From an uncultured Actinomycetota bacterium (GTDB lineage Bacteria > Actinomycetota > Actinomycetes > Streptosporangiales > Streptosporangiaceae), in contig CAWFPK010000020.1 in assembly GCA_963817625.1 (NCBI GenBank), positions 40,185 to 104,184 of the forward strand: a stretch of 64,000 nt of DNA, in the 5' to 3' direction. The notes under the pieces were generated by a model. That model made no database searches and was not told the origin of the DNA. It worked only from the letters and a program-made list of their open reading frames with translations. Made by a program: the position numbers and the translations under genes. Positions 29,031 through 37,576 of the stretch are shown one piece after another. Each line of letters opens with the position of its first letter. Positions within the stretch are counted from its first letter, which is position 1.

Positions 29031-30283
29031 CCTTCGACGTCGCCAGGATCCGCAAGGACTTTCCGATCCTGGATCGGACCGTCCGCGATGGACGGCCGCT
29101 CGTCTATCTGGATAGCGCCAATACCTCGCAGAAGCCGCGCCAGGTGATCGACGCCGATCAGCGACTTCTACGAGCGGCATAACGCCAACATCCACCGGGC
29201 CACGCACGAGCTCGGCGAGGAGGCGACGCAGGCCTACGAAGGCGCCAGGATCAAAGCGGCGCGTTTTCATCGGCACGCCCGACGAGACCGAGGTGGTCTT
29301 CACCAAGAACGTCTCCGAGGCGATCAACCTGGTCGCCTACTCGCTCGGGAATGCGCGGACGGGACAACTCGTGATCAGCCCGGGCGACGAGATCGTCATC
29401 ACCGAGATGGAGCACCACTCCAACATCGTGCCCTGGCAGCTGCTCTGCGAGCGGACCGGCGCCACGCTGCGCTGGTTCAGCGTGACACCGAGACGGCCGG
29501 CTCGACCTTGATCAGGCCGCTGACCTGATCAACGAGCGAACCAAGCTCGTCGCGGTGGCGCATCAGTCGAACGTGCTCGGCACGATCAACCCGGTGCGGC
29601 GAGATCGCCGCGCTGGCGCACGCGGTCGGCGCGCTGGTGCTGGTCGACGCCGCGCAGTCGGTACCGCACGGGCTGGTCGACGTCAGCGCGCTTGATGCCG
29701 ACTTCGTCGGCATTCACCGGTCACAAGATGTGCGGCCCGACCGGCATCGGCGTGCTGTGGGCGCGGCGCGAACTGCTCGATGAGATGCCGCCGTTCCTCG
29801 GCGGCGGCGAGATGATCGAGTCCGTGTGGATGGACCGGTCCACCTATGCTGCGCCACCGCACAAGTTCGAGGCCGGCACCATGCCGATCGCCGAGGCCGT
29901 CGGGCTAGGTGCGGCCATCGACTACCTGAGCGAGCTGGACATGCCCGCCGTTCGTGCGCACGAGCATGAGCTGCTCAGCCAGGCGCTGCAGCGGACTAGG
30001 CGAGATTGCCGGGCTGCGAATACTAGGGCCGACTGAACCGGTGGACCGGGGCGGCGCGATTTCCTTCACCGTCGAGGATGTGCATCCGCACGACCTCAGT
30101 CAGGTGCTTGACGATCGCGGCGTCGCGGTACGGGCTGGGCACCATTGCGCCTGGCCGCTGCACCGTGCGCTCGGGGTGCAGGCCTCCACCCGGGCGAGCT
30201 TCTATCTGTACAACACCTCTGAGGAAGTGCAAGCGCTGGTCGATGGCATCAGAGCGGCGCAGAAGTTCTTCGGAGTGGCATAG
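29027..30283 (+). pseudogene. sufS: cysteine desulfurase SufS, about 7 frame breaks
   Basis: [16 protein letters not shown]... Breaks lie near 29156, 29265, 29494, 29598, 29710 and 29993, all read as +1. Conserved blocks include [22 protein letters not shown] and RAGHHCA. Confidence 0.85.
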
Positions 30284-30354
30284 ATCTTGATGTTTGAGAC
30301 ACAACGGCGCACCGAGGACGGAACACCCCGCTATGCCGTGATGTTGGAGGCGGA

Positions 30355-30822
30355 GTGATGCAACTCGAGTCGATGTACCAGGAGATCATCCTGGATCACT
30401 ACCGTCACCCGCACCACAGGGGCCTGCGGGAGCCGTTCGACGCCCAGGTACATCACGTCAATCCGACCTGCGGTGACGAGATCACGCTGCGGGTCACGTT
30501 GAAGGACGCGGGTGGCGAGCCAGCGGTGGCCGACGTGTCGTACGACGCGCTCGGCTGCTCGATCAGCCAGGCCAGCGCTTCGGTGCTGACCGACCTGGTG
30601 ATTGGCAAGCCAGTCAGCGAGGCGATGGATATCAGTGCCGCCTTCGTCGAGCTGATGCATAACCGCGATGCCGAACCGGACGATGAGGTGCTTGGCGACG
30701 CCGTGGTCTTTGCTGGCGTCGCCAAGTACCCAGCGCGGGTCAAGTGCGCGTTGCTTGGCTGGATGGCGTGGAAAGATGCCACTGCACGCGCGCTTGGCGA
30801 GCTGGATGGGGAGCAGAAATGA
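30355..30822 (+). CDS. sufU: SufU/IscU-like Fe-S scaffold / sulfur acceptor
   Basis: 155 aa, intact. NPTCGDE, GCSIS and KYPARVKCA Cys ligand motifs. Confidence 0.9.
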   Translation: MMQLESMYQEIILDHYRHPHHRGLREPFDAQVHHVNPTCGDEITLRVTLKDAGGEPAVADVSYDALGCSISQASASVLTDLVIGKPVSEAMDISAAFVELMHNRDAEPDDEVLGDAVVFAGVAKYPARVKCALLGWMAWKDATARALGELDGEQK

Positions 30823-31199
30823 CGCAAGCCAACTCAGAAACTGAGTTCGACGCCGACGTAGAGCCGGAGTCCAACTTGAATCCGCAGAGCACCCCGGAGA
30901 TCGATGACCTTCTTGAGGCGTTGCGTGACGTGGTGGACCCTGAGCTTGGCGTGAACGTGGTCGACCTCGGCTTGGTCTATGGCGTCAGCCTGGATGCCGA
31001 GCGGGTCGCCACCGTGGACATGACCCTGACTAGCGCTGCCTGCCCGCTCACCGACGTGATCGAGGATCAGGCTCAGGCTGCGCTGGAGGGCCTGGTGAGC
31101 GGCTTTCGGATCAACTGGGTTTGGCTGCCGCCGTGGGGCCCGGAGAAGATCACCGAAGATGGCCGCGAGCAGTTGCGCGCACTCGGCTTCAACGTCTGA
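30819..31199 (+). CDS. DUF59/SufT-like metal-sulfur cluster assembly factor
   Basis: ORF 30744..31199, ATG at 30819 with an ATGA overlap to sufU. VVDPELGVNVVDLGLVY...TLTSAACPL. Confidence 0.85.
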   Translation: MTQANSETEFDADVEPESNLNPQSTPEIDDLLEALRDVVDPELGVNVVDLGLVYGVSLDAERVATVDMTLTSAACPLTDVIEDQAQAALEGLVSGFRINWVWLPPWGPEKITEDGREQLRALGFNV

Positions 31200-31208
31200 G
31201 CACTGGTC

Positions 31209-31868
31209 ATGACCCCTGGCCCGGCCCGCAGGCTCGAAGTCGCGCCGGGTCGGTTTCCGGGCTGGATCGAGTCGTTCGGCGAGCGGCACGGGTCGGTAAC
31301 GGTAGCGAGCGATGCTGAGGCGGCGACCTTTTCCTCGGCCGACGGTGCCGTTGCCCGCTGCCTAGTCCCGTTTCCGCCGCTGGCCGAGGTTCGCGATCCT
31401 GACGCCGCCAGCCTCGCGAAACTGATAGCCGAGCACGCCTGCGCCGACCGCGTCGTCGGCGTTTTCCTGGTGCGGCTTGGCGGCTACGCCGCCGGAGTGT
31501 TCACCGGCACCGGTCCGATACTGGTCGCCTCGAAGGTCGGCAGCAGGCTCGTGCACGGGCGCAGTGCGGCCGGCGGCCAGTCCCAGCAGCGATTCGCCCG
31601 GCGCCGCGAAAATCAGGCCCGTCAGGCACTGGGTGCTGCTGCCGATACCGCGGCGGCCGTCTTTGGCCCTTATCAACTTGATGCGCTGGTGCTCGGCGGC
31701 GACCGCCGGGCGTTCACCATGATCAGGAACGATGCCCGGCTCGCGGCCTACTTCACGGTCGCGGTCGATGCGTTCTTGACCGTGCCCGATCCCCGGTTGG
31801 CCGTGCTCAAAGAAGCACCTAAGCTCTTCCGGTCCATCAAGATCACCTTGTCCGAGCCAGCCAAGTAA
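31209..31868 (+). CDS. acVLRF1-family (Vms1/eRF1-like) peptidyl-tRNA hydrolase
   Basis: 219 aa. GGQ-type loop SAAGGQSQQRFARRREN within an eRF1-like core. The family assignment is from memory of actinobacterial VLRF1 proteins. Confidence 0.65.
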   Translation: MTPGPARRLEVAPGRFPGWIESFGERHGSVTVASDAEAATFSSADGAVARCLVPFPPLAEVRDPDAASLAKLIAEHACADRVVGVFLVRLGGYAAGVFTGTGPILVASKVGSRLVHGRSAAGGQSQQRFARRRENQARQALGAAADTAAAVFGPYQLDALVLGGDRRAFTMIRNDARLAAYFTVAVDAFLTVPDPRLAVLKEAPKLFRSIKITLSEPAK

Positions 31869-32062
31869 CTCGCCGACGGGTGGTCGAACAGTAGGGGGTC
31901 CGCCTTAGTTGAAAAGTGGTCTGATATCAGATTGATGCGCATTTGAAAGTGACGAATGGCAGCAGTCAAGCGCACCGTTGCGGTCGAAACAACGCTGGCG
32001 TACAGTGCCACTGACGCCAGGATAGATAAACTAACGACAATTCGGCCAGTTAGGCACGTTGA

Positions 32063-32983
32063 ATGCGTTATGTCTACCTCGATCACACAACTGAACCTCT
32101 CGATGTCCTGGGCAAGCTTCATGGTCGTCTCATCAATGACCGTTCACAATTGCAAGTATCAGGGTTGCTTCTGCACACCTGCCATCGCGTCGAGTGGTGC
32201 TCGGCCGCAGGCGGCGCCCCTCCGGTACCTGAACTTGCCTCGGGCACAGAAACATTAGGCGCACGGCGAGCGCTTAGTCGTCTCAGCAAGATCGCGGCCG
32301 GAGTGATGTCCATCATCGTCGGCGACAGACTCGTCTTCAACCAGGTGCTCGAAGCGGGATCTCAGCTTGATAGCACCTCCGCGGAATACGTCCTTCTCCA
32401 CCGCGCTCTGGGAATCGCCCGCCAGGCCCGGCAGCGGTTCGGCCTAGAGCCGGTAATTGACTACGGCGACATGCCAAGGACGCTGAGGTCTATCGACTCA
32501 CATCAGGGTCGTGCGCCAGTCGCGCGCCTCGTGGTGGTCGGCGGCGGCATGCTGGCACAAGCCATTGCGCTAAGATCTGGCCCCGCTTATGGCAACGTCG
32601 TTTTGGTGACAAGAAATACCTCGCGCCTGCACAAGACATTGCACTCCAGTATGGACGCCAGCGTGCGTGCTAAAGTCGTGAGCCCAGCCGCGGCAATGGC
32701 AGAAGCCGCTCGCGAGCCGTTTGATCTTGCGCTCACTTCTACCAGCACCAACCGTACCTACCTACGCTACATAGACACGTTGACGGCTCATCCCAACCTC
32801 GGCCGAGCGCTCGACTACCGAGCCACGCCGGCACTGCCCCGCGCTACCCACAAATATGGGCACATCTCCGACGCGGACATCCTGCGGCAGGTAATCGAGG
32901 CCAACCGCGTCGTAGCGGATCGCGCACGAGAAGCAAGCGGCTGGATCGACCGCGTGACTGATGAGGTGGAGGATGTGTCGTGA
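32063..32983 (+). CDS. glutamyl-tRNA reductase (HemA)-like oxidoreductase lacking the C-terminal dimerisation domain
   Basis: 306 aa. It aligns by eye to E. coli HemA block by block: [12 protein letters not shown] ~ [23 protein letters not shown] ~ VVLSTCNRTELY (nucleophile Cys); [24 protein letters not shown] ~ [31 protein letters not shown] ~ [19 protein letters not shown] ~ [19 protein letters not shown] ~ ISSTASPLP. Confidence 0.7.
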   Translation: [306 protein letters not shown]

Positions 32984-33780
32984 CCGGCGGCATCGATCGC
33001 CCGCGGCGAATATCCTCTCCGACTGGAGATCTTGCGGCCGAGGCGGCGCGTTGTGCCCAGGTCATATTTGGCAACGAACTGCTTGCCGCGTTCGTAGGCG
33101 GCTCTCGCGCGGTCGGCCGTCAACGTAATGACAGCGATATAGACGCATTCGTCTTGATCGAACGTGGCGATCGCGACAAGGAAACTCAATACGCCGTAGC
33201 GCTCAAGACGCTGCACGAAGCTAACGGTCTGATGTTTGACCACTATGGCGAGATATTTGATCGCGCGACGCTTGAGTCGCTACTGAGTTTCACCGAACTG
33301 GTCGACCAGACGGTACCCTGGATGAGAAGCGAGGCACCTTGTTATCGAGGTAACTGCCTTCTTTCGATCTATCGAAAGGGCAGGGTCGTTCTTGAGTTTC
33401 TTGCGGCCCCGAAGATCGAGGTGCTCGATCCGCATGGAGCGCTCTCCAGACTCGAATACCGAGCTCAGCGTCATTTGGCTGGACACCCAACTGACCTGCC
33501 GTCACCGTCCGCCATAGTGAATCTCGACCACGACACAAAGCAGCGCCTGCTACGGGACCTGTGGAGACCAGGCAAGAGCAATTCGGATGGGCTAGACACG
33601 CCAATCGGAGTAGGTCTACGACGTTGGTTTGGTAGTGAGCTAACTCAGCGCCGCCAATACGTCTCCCTTGACCAGCTGCCCGATGTCGGACCCGGTACCG
33701 CACTTGATTGCCCGCTGTCACGAGAATCAACACCGCAACAAGTCGCGTACTACGCGCAATGCCTAGCGTGGCCTACCTAA
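32980..33780 (+). CDS. Pol-beta-superfamily nucleotidyltransferase domain protein
   Basis: 266 aa. GTGA start/stop overlap with the upstream gene. NTase signature GGSRAVGRQRNDSDIDAFV (GS-x10-DxD). The ~180-aa C-terminal region is unassigned. Confidence 0.65.
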   Translation: MTGGIDRPRRISSPTGDLAAEAARCAQVIFGNELLAAFVGGSRAVGRQRNDSDIDAFVLIERGDRDKETQYAVALKTLHEANGLMFDHYGEIFDRATLESLLSFTELVDQTVPWMRSEAPCYRGNCLLSIYRKGRVVLEFLAAPKIEVLDPHGALSRLEYRAQRHLAGHPTDLPSPSAIVNLDHDTKQRLLRDLWRPGKSNSDGLDTPIGVGLRRWFGSELTQRRQYVSLDQLPDVGPGTALDCPLSRESTPQQVAYYAQCLAWPT

Positions 33781-33826
33781 TGAGCGAGAGTAAGCCAGTA
33801 ATATTAGTCGAGGAATCGAGGTAGCC

Positions 33827-34930
33827 GTGGTCCCGCAGACAATCAACTGGTCCCACTTCCAGGAACTTTCCCTGTCGGCCAGACGGGATGCGCTTACTAA
33901 GGGATATGACTCGCCTGACACCTCACGCGCCGTCACGGAGATCATATCTAAAGCCGCAGGCGGTCACCTGTCAAATACTACTCCCTTGCGCGACCTCCAG
34001 CGGGTGCTCGATCAACTCCGTGCGCTGCCGCCGGGTATAGAACGGGTTTGCGGCATGAACGCGTTCGTACGGACGTTGGGCCGTCCGGAGAACCTAGCGT
34101 CGCTGTTGGATGTGCTCCGATCCTCTCTCAACAAAGACGACGAATTCGAAGCTACATTGTCGGAAAGATCGCGCCGCGGCCGGATGCATTGTATTTACGG
34201 CTGGGCCGGGCAGAGCTTGATGCTGGCATCTCATCCCGATCCGACGATTGGAACTGAGACTCCGGCTCAAGACATGACTTTCATCGGATATCCGCCGGCC
34301 GAGTGGGATATGAGTATTCATATCTGGCAGCCAAACCCCGGAGCGATCGGCTTCGCTTCTACCAAGCGGGTCGAACCTTCCGTGATCGTTGAGCCGCCGC
34401 ACTCGCATCCGTTCTCCTTCGTGTCCTACGTAGCGAAAGGACAAATGCATCAATCTATCTACGCCACAGCGGCGGCGCATCAGGACGACAGTTATGCGAA
34501 CGGCAGTCGATACTCGGGAGTTATCCTGCAGGAAGTCGATGGCGTATGGCCACCACATGAGGACTACACTCCCAAACGACTGCGCACCGTTGAAGATCGG
34601 ATCCAACTATGCGAGGGAGACAGCTACTTCCTGCCGTCGAACGCGATCCATGACGTGGAGATCGATCGGCAATCGGCCGCCGATAAACCCACTATCACGC
34701 TCTTTCTGTGTGCCGAGGCAACGGTCAAGCCGAAAGCATACCTAGCACCAGAGATGGCCGATTTCCATCGATTGAATCCCGACCTAAAAGAGGTCGCGGT
34801 CGCGTTGTCGCCGTCGCAGTGGGACGAGAAGCTCCGACTCGTCGCGAGTTATCTGCGGGGCGAGGCCGCTAGCCTCCGGCTAGCTGACGTGGTGCGCTGC
34901 AATAGCACCTACGGCTTCATGCACGTGTGA
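33827..34930 (+). CDS. cupin-like protein of unknown function
   Basis: 367 aa, GTG start. C-terminal half has cupin-type motifs EPPHSHPFSFVSY and GDSYFLPSNAIHDVE. The N-terminal ~170 aa has no recognisable motif. Confidence 0.5.
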   Translation: MVPQTINWSHFQELSLSARRDALTKGYDSPDTSRAVTEIISKAAGGHLSNTTPLRDLQRVLDQLRALPPGIERVCGMNAFVRTLGRPENLASLLDVLRSSLNKDDEFEATLSERSRRGRMHCIYGWAGQSLMLASHPDPTIGTETPAQDMTFIGYPPAEWDMSIHIWQPNPGAIGFASTKRVEPSVIVEPPHSHPFSFVSYVAKGQMHQSIYATAAAHQDDSYANGSRYSGVILQEVDGVWPPHEDYTPKRLRTVEDRIQLCEGDSYFLPSNAIHDVEIDRQSAADKPTITLFLCAEATVKPKAYLAPEMADFHRLNPDLKEVAVALSPSQWDEKLRLVASYLRGEAASLRLADVVRCNSTYGFMHV

Positions 34931-34966
34931 CAGCGAAGCCCGACCTGGCGTGGTACCGCTTACGCC

Positions 34967-35752
34967 ATGAACAATAGGTGGATCGAGCTTGAGGGCGCTG
35001 CCAATGTCCGTGACCTGGGCGGACTTGCGACGGTCGATGGCCGCCAGACGTTGCCGAGACGTCTGCTGCGATCAGACAACCTGCAAGACCTCACTCCACC
35101 CGACATTCGGACGCTGGTCGTTGACATCGGCCTGACGACGATCATCGATCTTCGCAGTACCGGCGAACTGGCGTCCGAGGGGCCGGCGCCGCTCGACCAG
35201 GTACGGTCGGTGCGCCACCTCCATCGCTCCATCCAGGCAGAGCCGGGAATGTCCGCTGACGGTGCCGTCGAGGTAACGCTGGTGAGCCAGGTCGATCAGA
35301 CGTCGAACAATACTGCGCCGATCGGTGCCCACTACCTCGGGTATCTGCGGCAAAGGCGGGCTCAAGTTGTCGCTGCGCTGCGCGATATCGCGGCAGCTCC
35401 TGGCGCGGCGATCGTGCATTGCGCCGCCGGGACGGATCGGACTGGCGTGGTTGTCGCGCTGGCGCTTCGCGCCGTCGGCGTCGGCACGGATGCGGTGGCG
35501 GCTGACTACGCGGCCAGCGGAGAACGCCTCGCCGCAGTATTCGATCGGCTGCGGCTGTCATCGACGTACTCGGCCAGCAGCCCGGCGAGGTCCGCCGACT
35601 CGCAACGGCCCCAGCCTGAGACGATGGCGAGGTTTCTCGGAGAACTCGACTCACGATACGGCGGCGTGGTCAAGTGGCTCGCGGCCCATGGCTTCGGTGC
35701 CGAAGACGTGCACAGGCTCCGCGTCAAGCTGCTGGGCTCCGGGTCGCCGTGA
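34967..35752 (+). CDS. protein-tyrosine-phosphatase-like (Y_phosphatase3-type, CX5R) phosphatase
   Basis: 261 aa. N-terminal NVRDLGG and active-site loop HCAAGTDRTG. Confidence 0.7.
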   Translation: MNNRWIELEGAANVRDLGGLATVDGRQTLPRRLLRSDNLQDLTPPDIRTLVVDIGLTTIIDLRSTGELASEGPAPLDQVRSVRHLHRSIQAEPGMSADGAVEVTLVSQVDQTSNNTAPIGAHYLGYLRQRRAQVVAALRDIAAAPGAAIVHCAAGTDRTGVVVALALRAVGVGTDAVAADYAASGERLAAVFDRLRLSSTYSASSPARSADSQRPQPETMARFLGELDSRYGGVVKWLAAHGFGAEDVHRLRVKLLGSGSP

Positions 35753-35826
35753 GGCCGCCAGCGCCTGGGCTCGCTGCGCGGCCGTAGCGGGCTCAGGGTG
35801 ACAGAACGTTGCGGTATATTGGCTCG

Positions 35827-37464
35827 ATGTTGACAGTCGAAACACGTGATCGACTTGTGCCCTTTACCGGCCTAACTCCTGAGTCCTTGGAGCAGCGCTA
35901 TCCACCGCGATCACTGCGCGCTGGTGCTGAGGTCACTCGGTTCGCACCCAGCCCGACCGGTTATGTGCACGTCGGCGGCATCCTGGTAGCACTAATTGCC
36001 CAGTCTATGGCGGCTTCCACTGGTGGTGTCTTCATTCTGAGAATAGAGGACACCGACCAGAGCCGCTATGTTGACGATGCCGTGCCGCAACTGTTTCGCG
36101 CCCTTGAATACTTCAGGCTGCTTCCCGACGAGAGCATCAAGGCCGGCGACTATGGGCCTTACCAGCAGAGCGCTCGTCACGAAATCTACGACACCTATAT
36201 TAGATCACTCCTAGAGAAGGATCGTGCCTATCCTTGCTTTTGCTCCGCAGCTGACCTGAAGCTCATGACTGAGCGCCAGCAGGCGGCGGGAGTCCCAGCC
36301 GGGTACTGGGGAGAGTGGGCCAAGTGCCGTACCTTGAGCGAGGCGGCGGTTGTCGAACAGTTGGATAGCGGAGCAGCCCACGTTATTCGTTTCCGCGCAC
36401 CTGAGTTCACGGGCAAGAGGATTCACTATGTCGACCGTGTGCGCGGTCAGATGGAAATTGACGACAACCGAAACGATGTCGTCATCCGCAAGACTGTTGG
36501 CCTGCCAACCTATCATCTTGCGCACCCAATCGACGATCACCTCATGCGAGTAACCACCGTCGTGCGAGCGGACGAGTGGTTGTCTTCGGTCCCACTGCAC
36601 CTCCAGCTATTCGCAGCGCTCGACTTTGAGCCGTTGCCCTATGGGCACATCGCCCCAATTCTCATGATGGATGGGCGAAGCCGGCGGAAGCTTAGTAAGC
36701 GAAAAGACCCGCAGGCGAATGTAGATTTCTATTTGACCTCGGGATTCCCGGTGGAGGGCGTGCTCTGTTATCTGCGCGGCTTGGCCAATAGTCGATTGCA
36801 GGACATGCCGTGGCGTGAGGTACTGGCGGCGGAGATCATTCTTAGCGAATGCTCTTCCAGTGGACAGTTGCTTGACCTCGACAAACTAGCCTACATATGC
36901 CGCGAGGTGATCGCGGACCTGACCATCCCGGAGATCGCGGAACGCCTTGGGGAGTGGGCCAGGGCCAATGATGAGCGGATAGCTAAGGTACTGGCCGAGA
37001 ATCCGGATTCAGTACTAAAAGCTCTCACTATTGAGGAATTCGCGCCAGGCCACGCGCGTAAGGATCTCGCCAAGTGGTCCGAATTCGATGAAAAGTACGG
37101 GTTTTTGCTGCCAGAGCTCTTCCAGGTAGTCCACGATCCAGCTGACGCAAGGTTCGCGTCGCTCGCGCCAGATCTGGTCCTTAAAATGGCTGCTACCGTC
37201 GCTGAGAAATATCAACATGCTGGCGACGCGGCGACCTGGTTTGATCAGATACGAAGGGCGGCCGCAGATCTGGGATTTGCCGCCACCGCCGGCGAGTATC
37301 GTAGCAATCCGGAGAAATTCCACGGCGCGCTAAAAGACGCTGCCAACGTGATCCGAGTTTTGCTGACTGGGCGTACCCGAAGTCCGGATCTCTATCAGGT
37401 CTCGCGGGTTCTGGGCGGAGAAGAAGTCCTTCGAAGGTTGACCTCTCTGCCCGATCTAGCCTGA
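35827..37464 (+). CDS. glutamate--tRNA ligase paralogue (full length)
   Basis: ORF 35809..37464 (TTG), ATG at 35827. Class-I motifs FAPSPTGYVHVGG (HIGH-type), LRIEDTDQSRY and KLSKRK (KMSKS-type). A ~200-aa C-terminal helical domain is present. Confidence 0.8.
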   Translation: MLTVETRDRLVPFTGLTPESLEQRYPPRSLRAGAEVTRFAPSPTGYVHVGGILVALIAQSMAASTGGVFILRIEDTDQSRYVDDAVPQLFRALEYFRLLPDESIKAGDYGPYQQSARHEIYDTYIRSLLEKDRAYPCFCSAADLKLMTERQQAAGVPAGYWGEWAKCRTLSEAAVVEQLDSGAAHVIRFRAPEFTGKRIHYVDRVRGQMEIDDNRNDVVIRKTVGLPTYHLAHPIDDHLMRVTTVVRADEWLSSVPLHLQLFAALDFEPLPYGHIAPILMMDGRSRRKLSKRKDPQANVDFYLTSGFPVEGVLCYLRGLANSRLQDMPWREVLAAEIILSECSSSGQLLDLDKLAYICREVIADLTIPEIAERLGEWARANDERIAKVLAENPDSVLKALTIEEFAPGHARKDLAKWSEFDEKYGFLLPELFQVVHDPADARFASLAPDLVLKMAATVAEKYQHAGDAATWFDQIRRAAADLGFAATAGEYRSNPEKFHGALKDAANVIRVLLTGRTRSPDLYQVSRVLGGEEVLRRLTSLPDLA

Positions 37465-37576
37465 TCCGGCCGGCCCAGGCGGCATCGACCGGGCAGCTCG
37501 CCCATCTGGCCCTATGCCCGGTTTAGGTGATTAGCCCGGGCAGTGGCGGGTCAGGTCAGGCGTGCGCCGAACCCTT

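Larger units (their letters stand above)
31869..37576. other. low-GC genomic island (five-gene plus-strand operon)
   Basis: Hand GC counts of single 60-nt lines inside the island (33301, 34261, 36001, 36661) give about 52-57%, against about 72% for a typical flank line (42301). No tRNA, integrase or flanking direct repeat was seen. Confidence 0.7.

Noticed and set aside
24900-30010. Programmed frameshifting or recoding as an explanation for the suf frame changes.
   Set aside because: About 30 events have no shared slippery motif, several compensating pairs lie tens of nt apart, and identical-looking events occur in unrelated genes (the ECF ATPase). This is incompatible with any known recoding mechanism. 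Error, or genuine decay, is more parsimonious.
31748-32122. 124-aa minus-strand ORF spanning the island's left boundary.
   Set aside because: It overlaps the 3' end of the acVLRF1 gene and the 5' end of the GluTR-like gene. It has no motif, and it covers the AT-rich promoter region, where open frames arise by chance.
31869-37576. The island as a classical integrative element (prophage, ICE or IS).
   Set aside because: No integrase, transposase, tRNA attachment site or flanking direct or inverted repeats could be found by eye. Only the GC drop supports foreign origin, so it is reported as a genomic island, not a mobile element.
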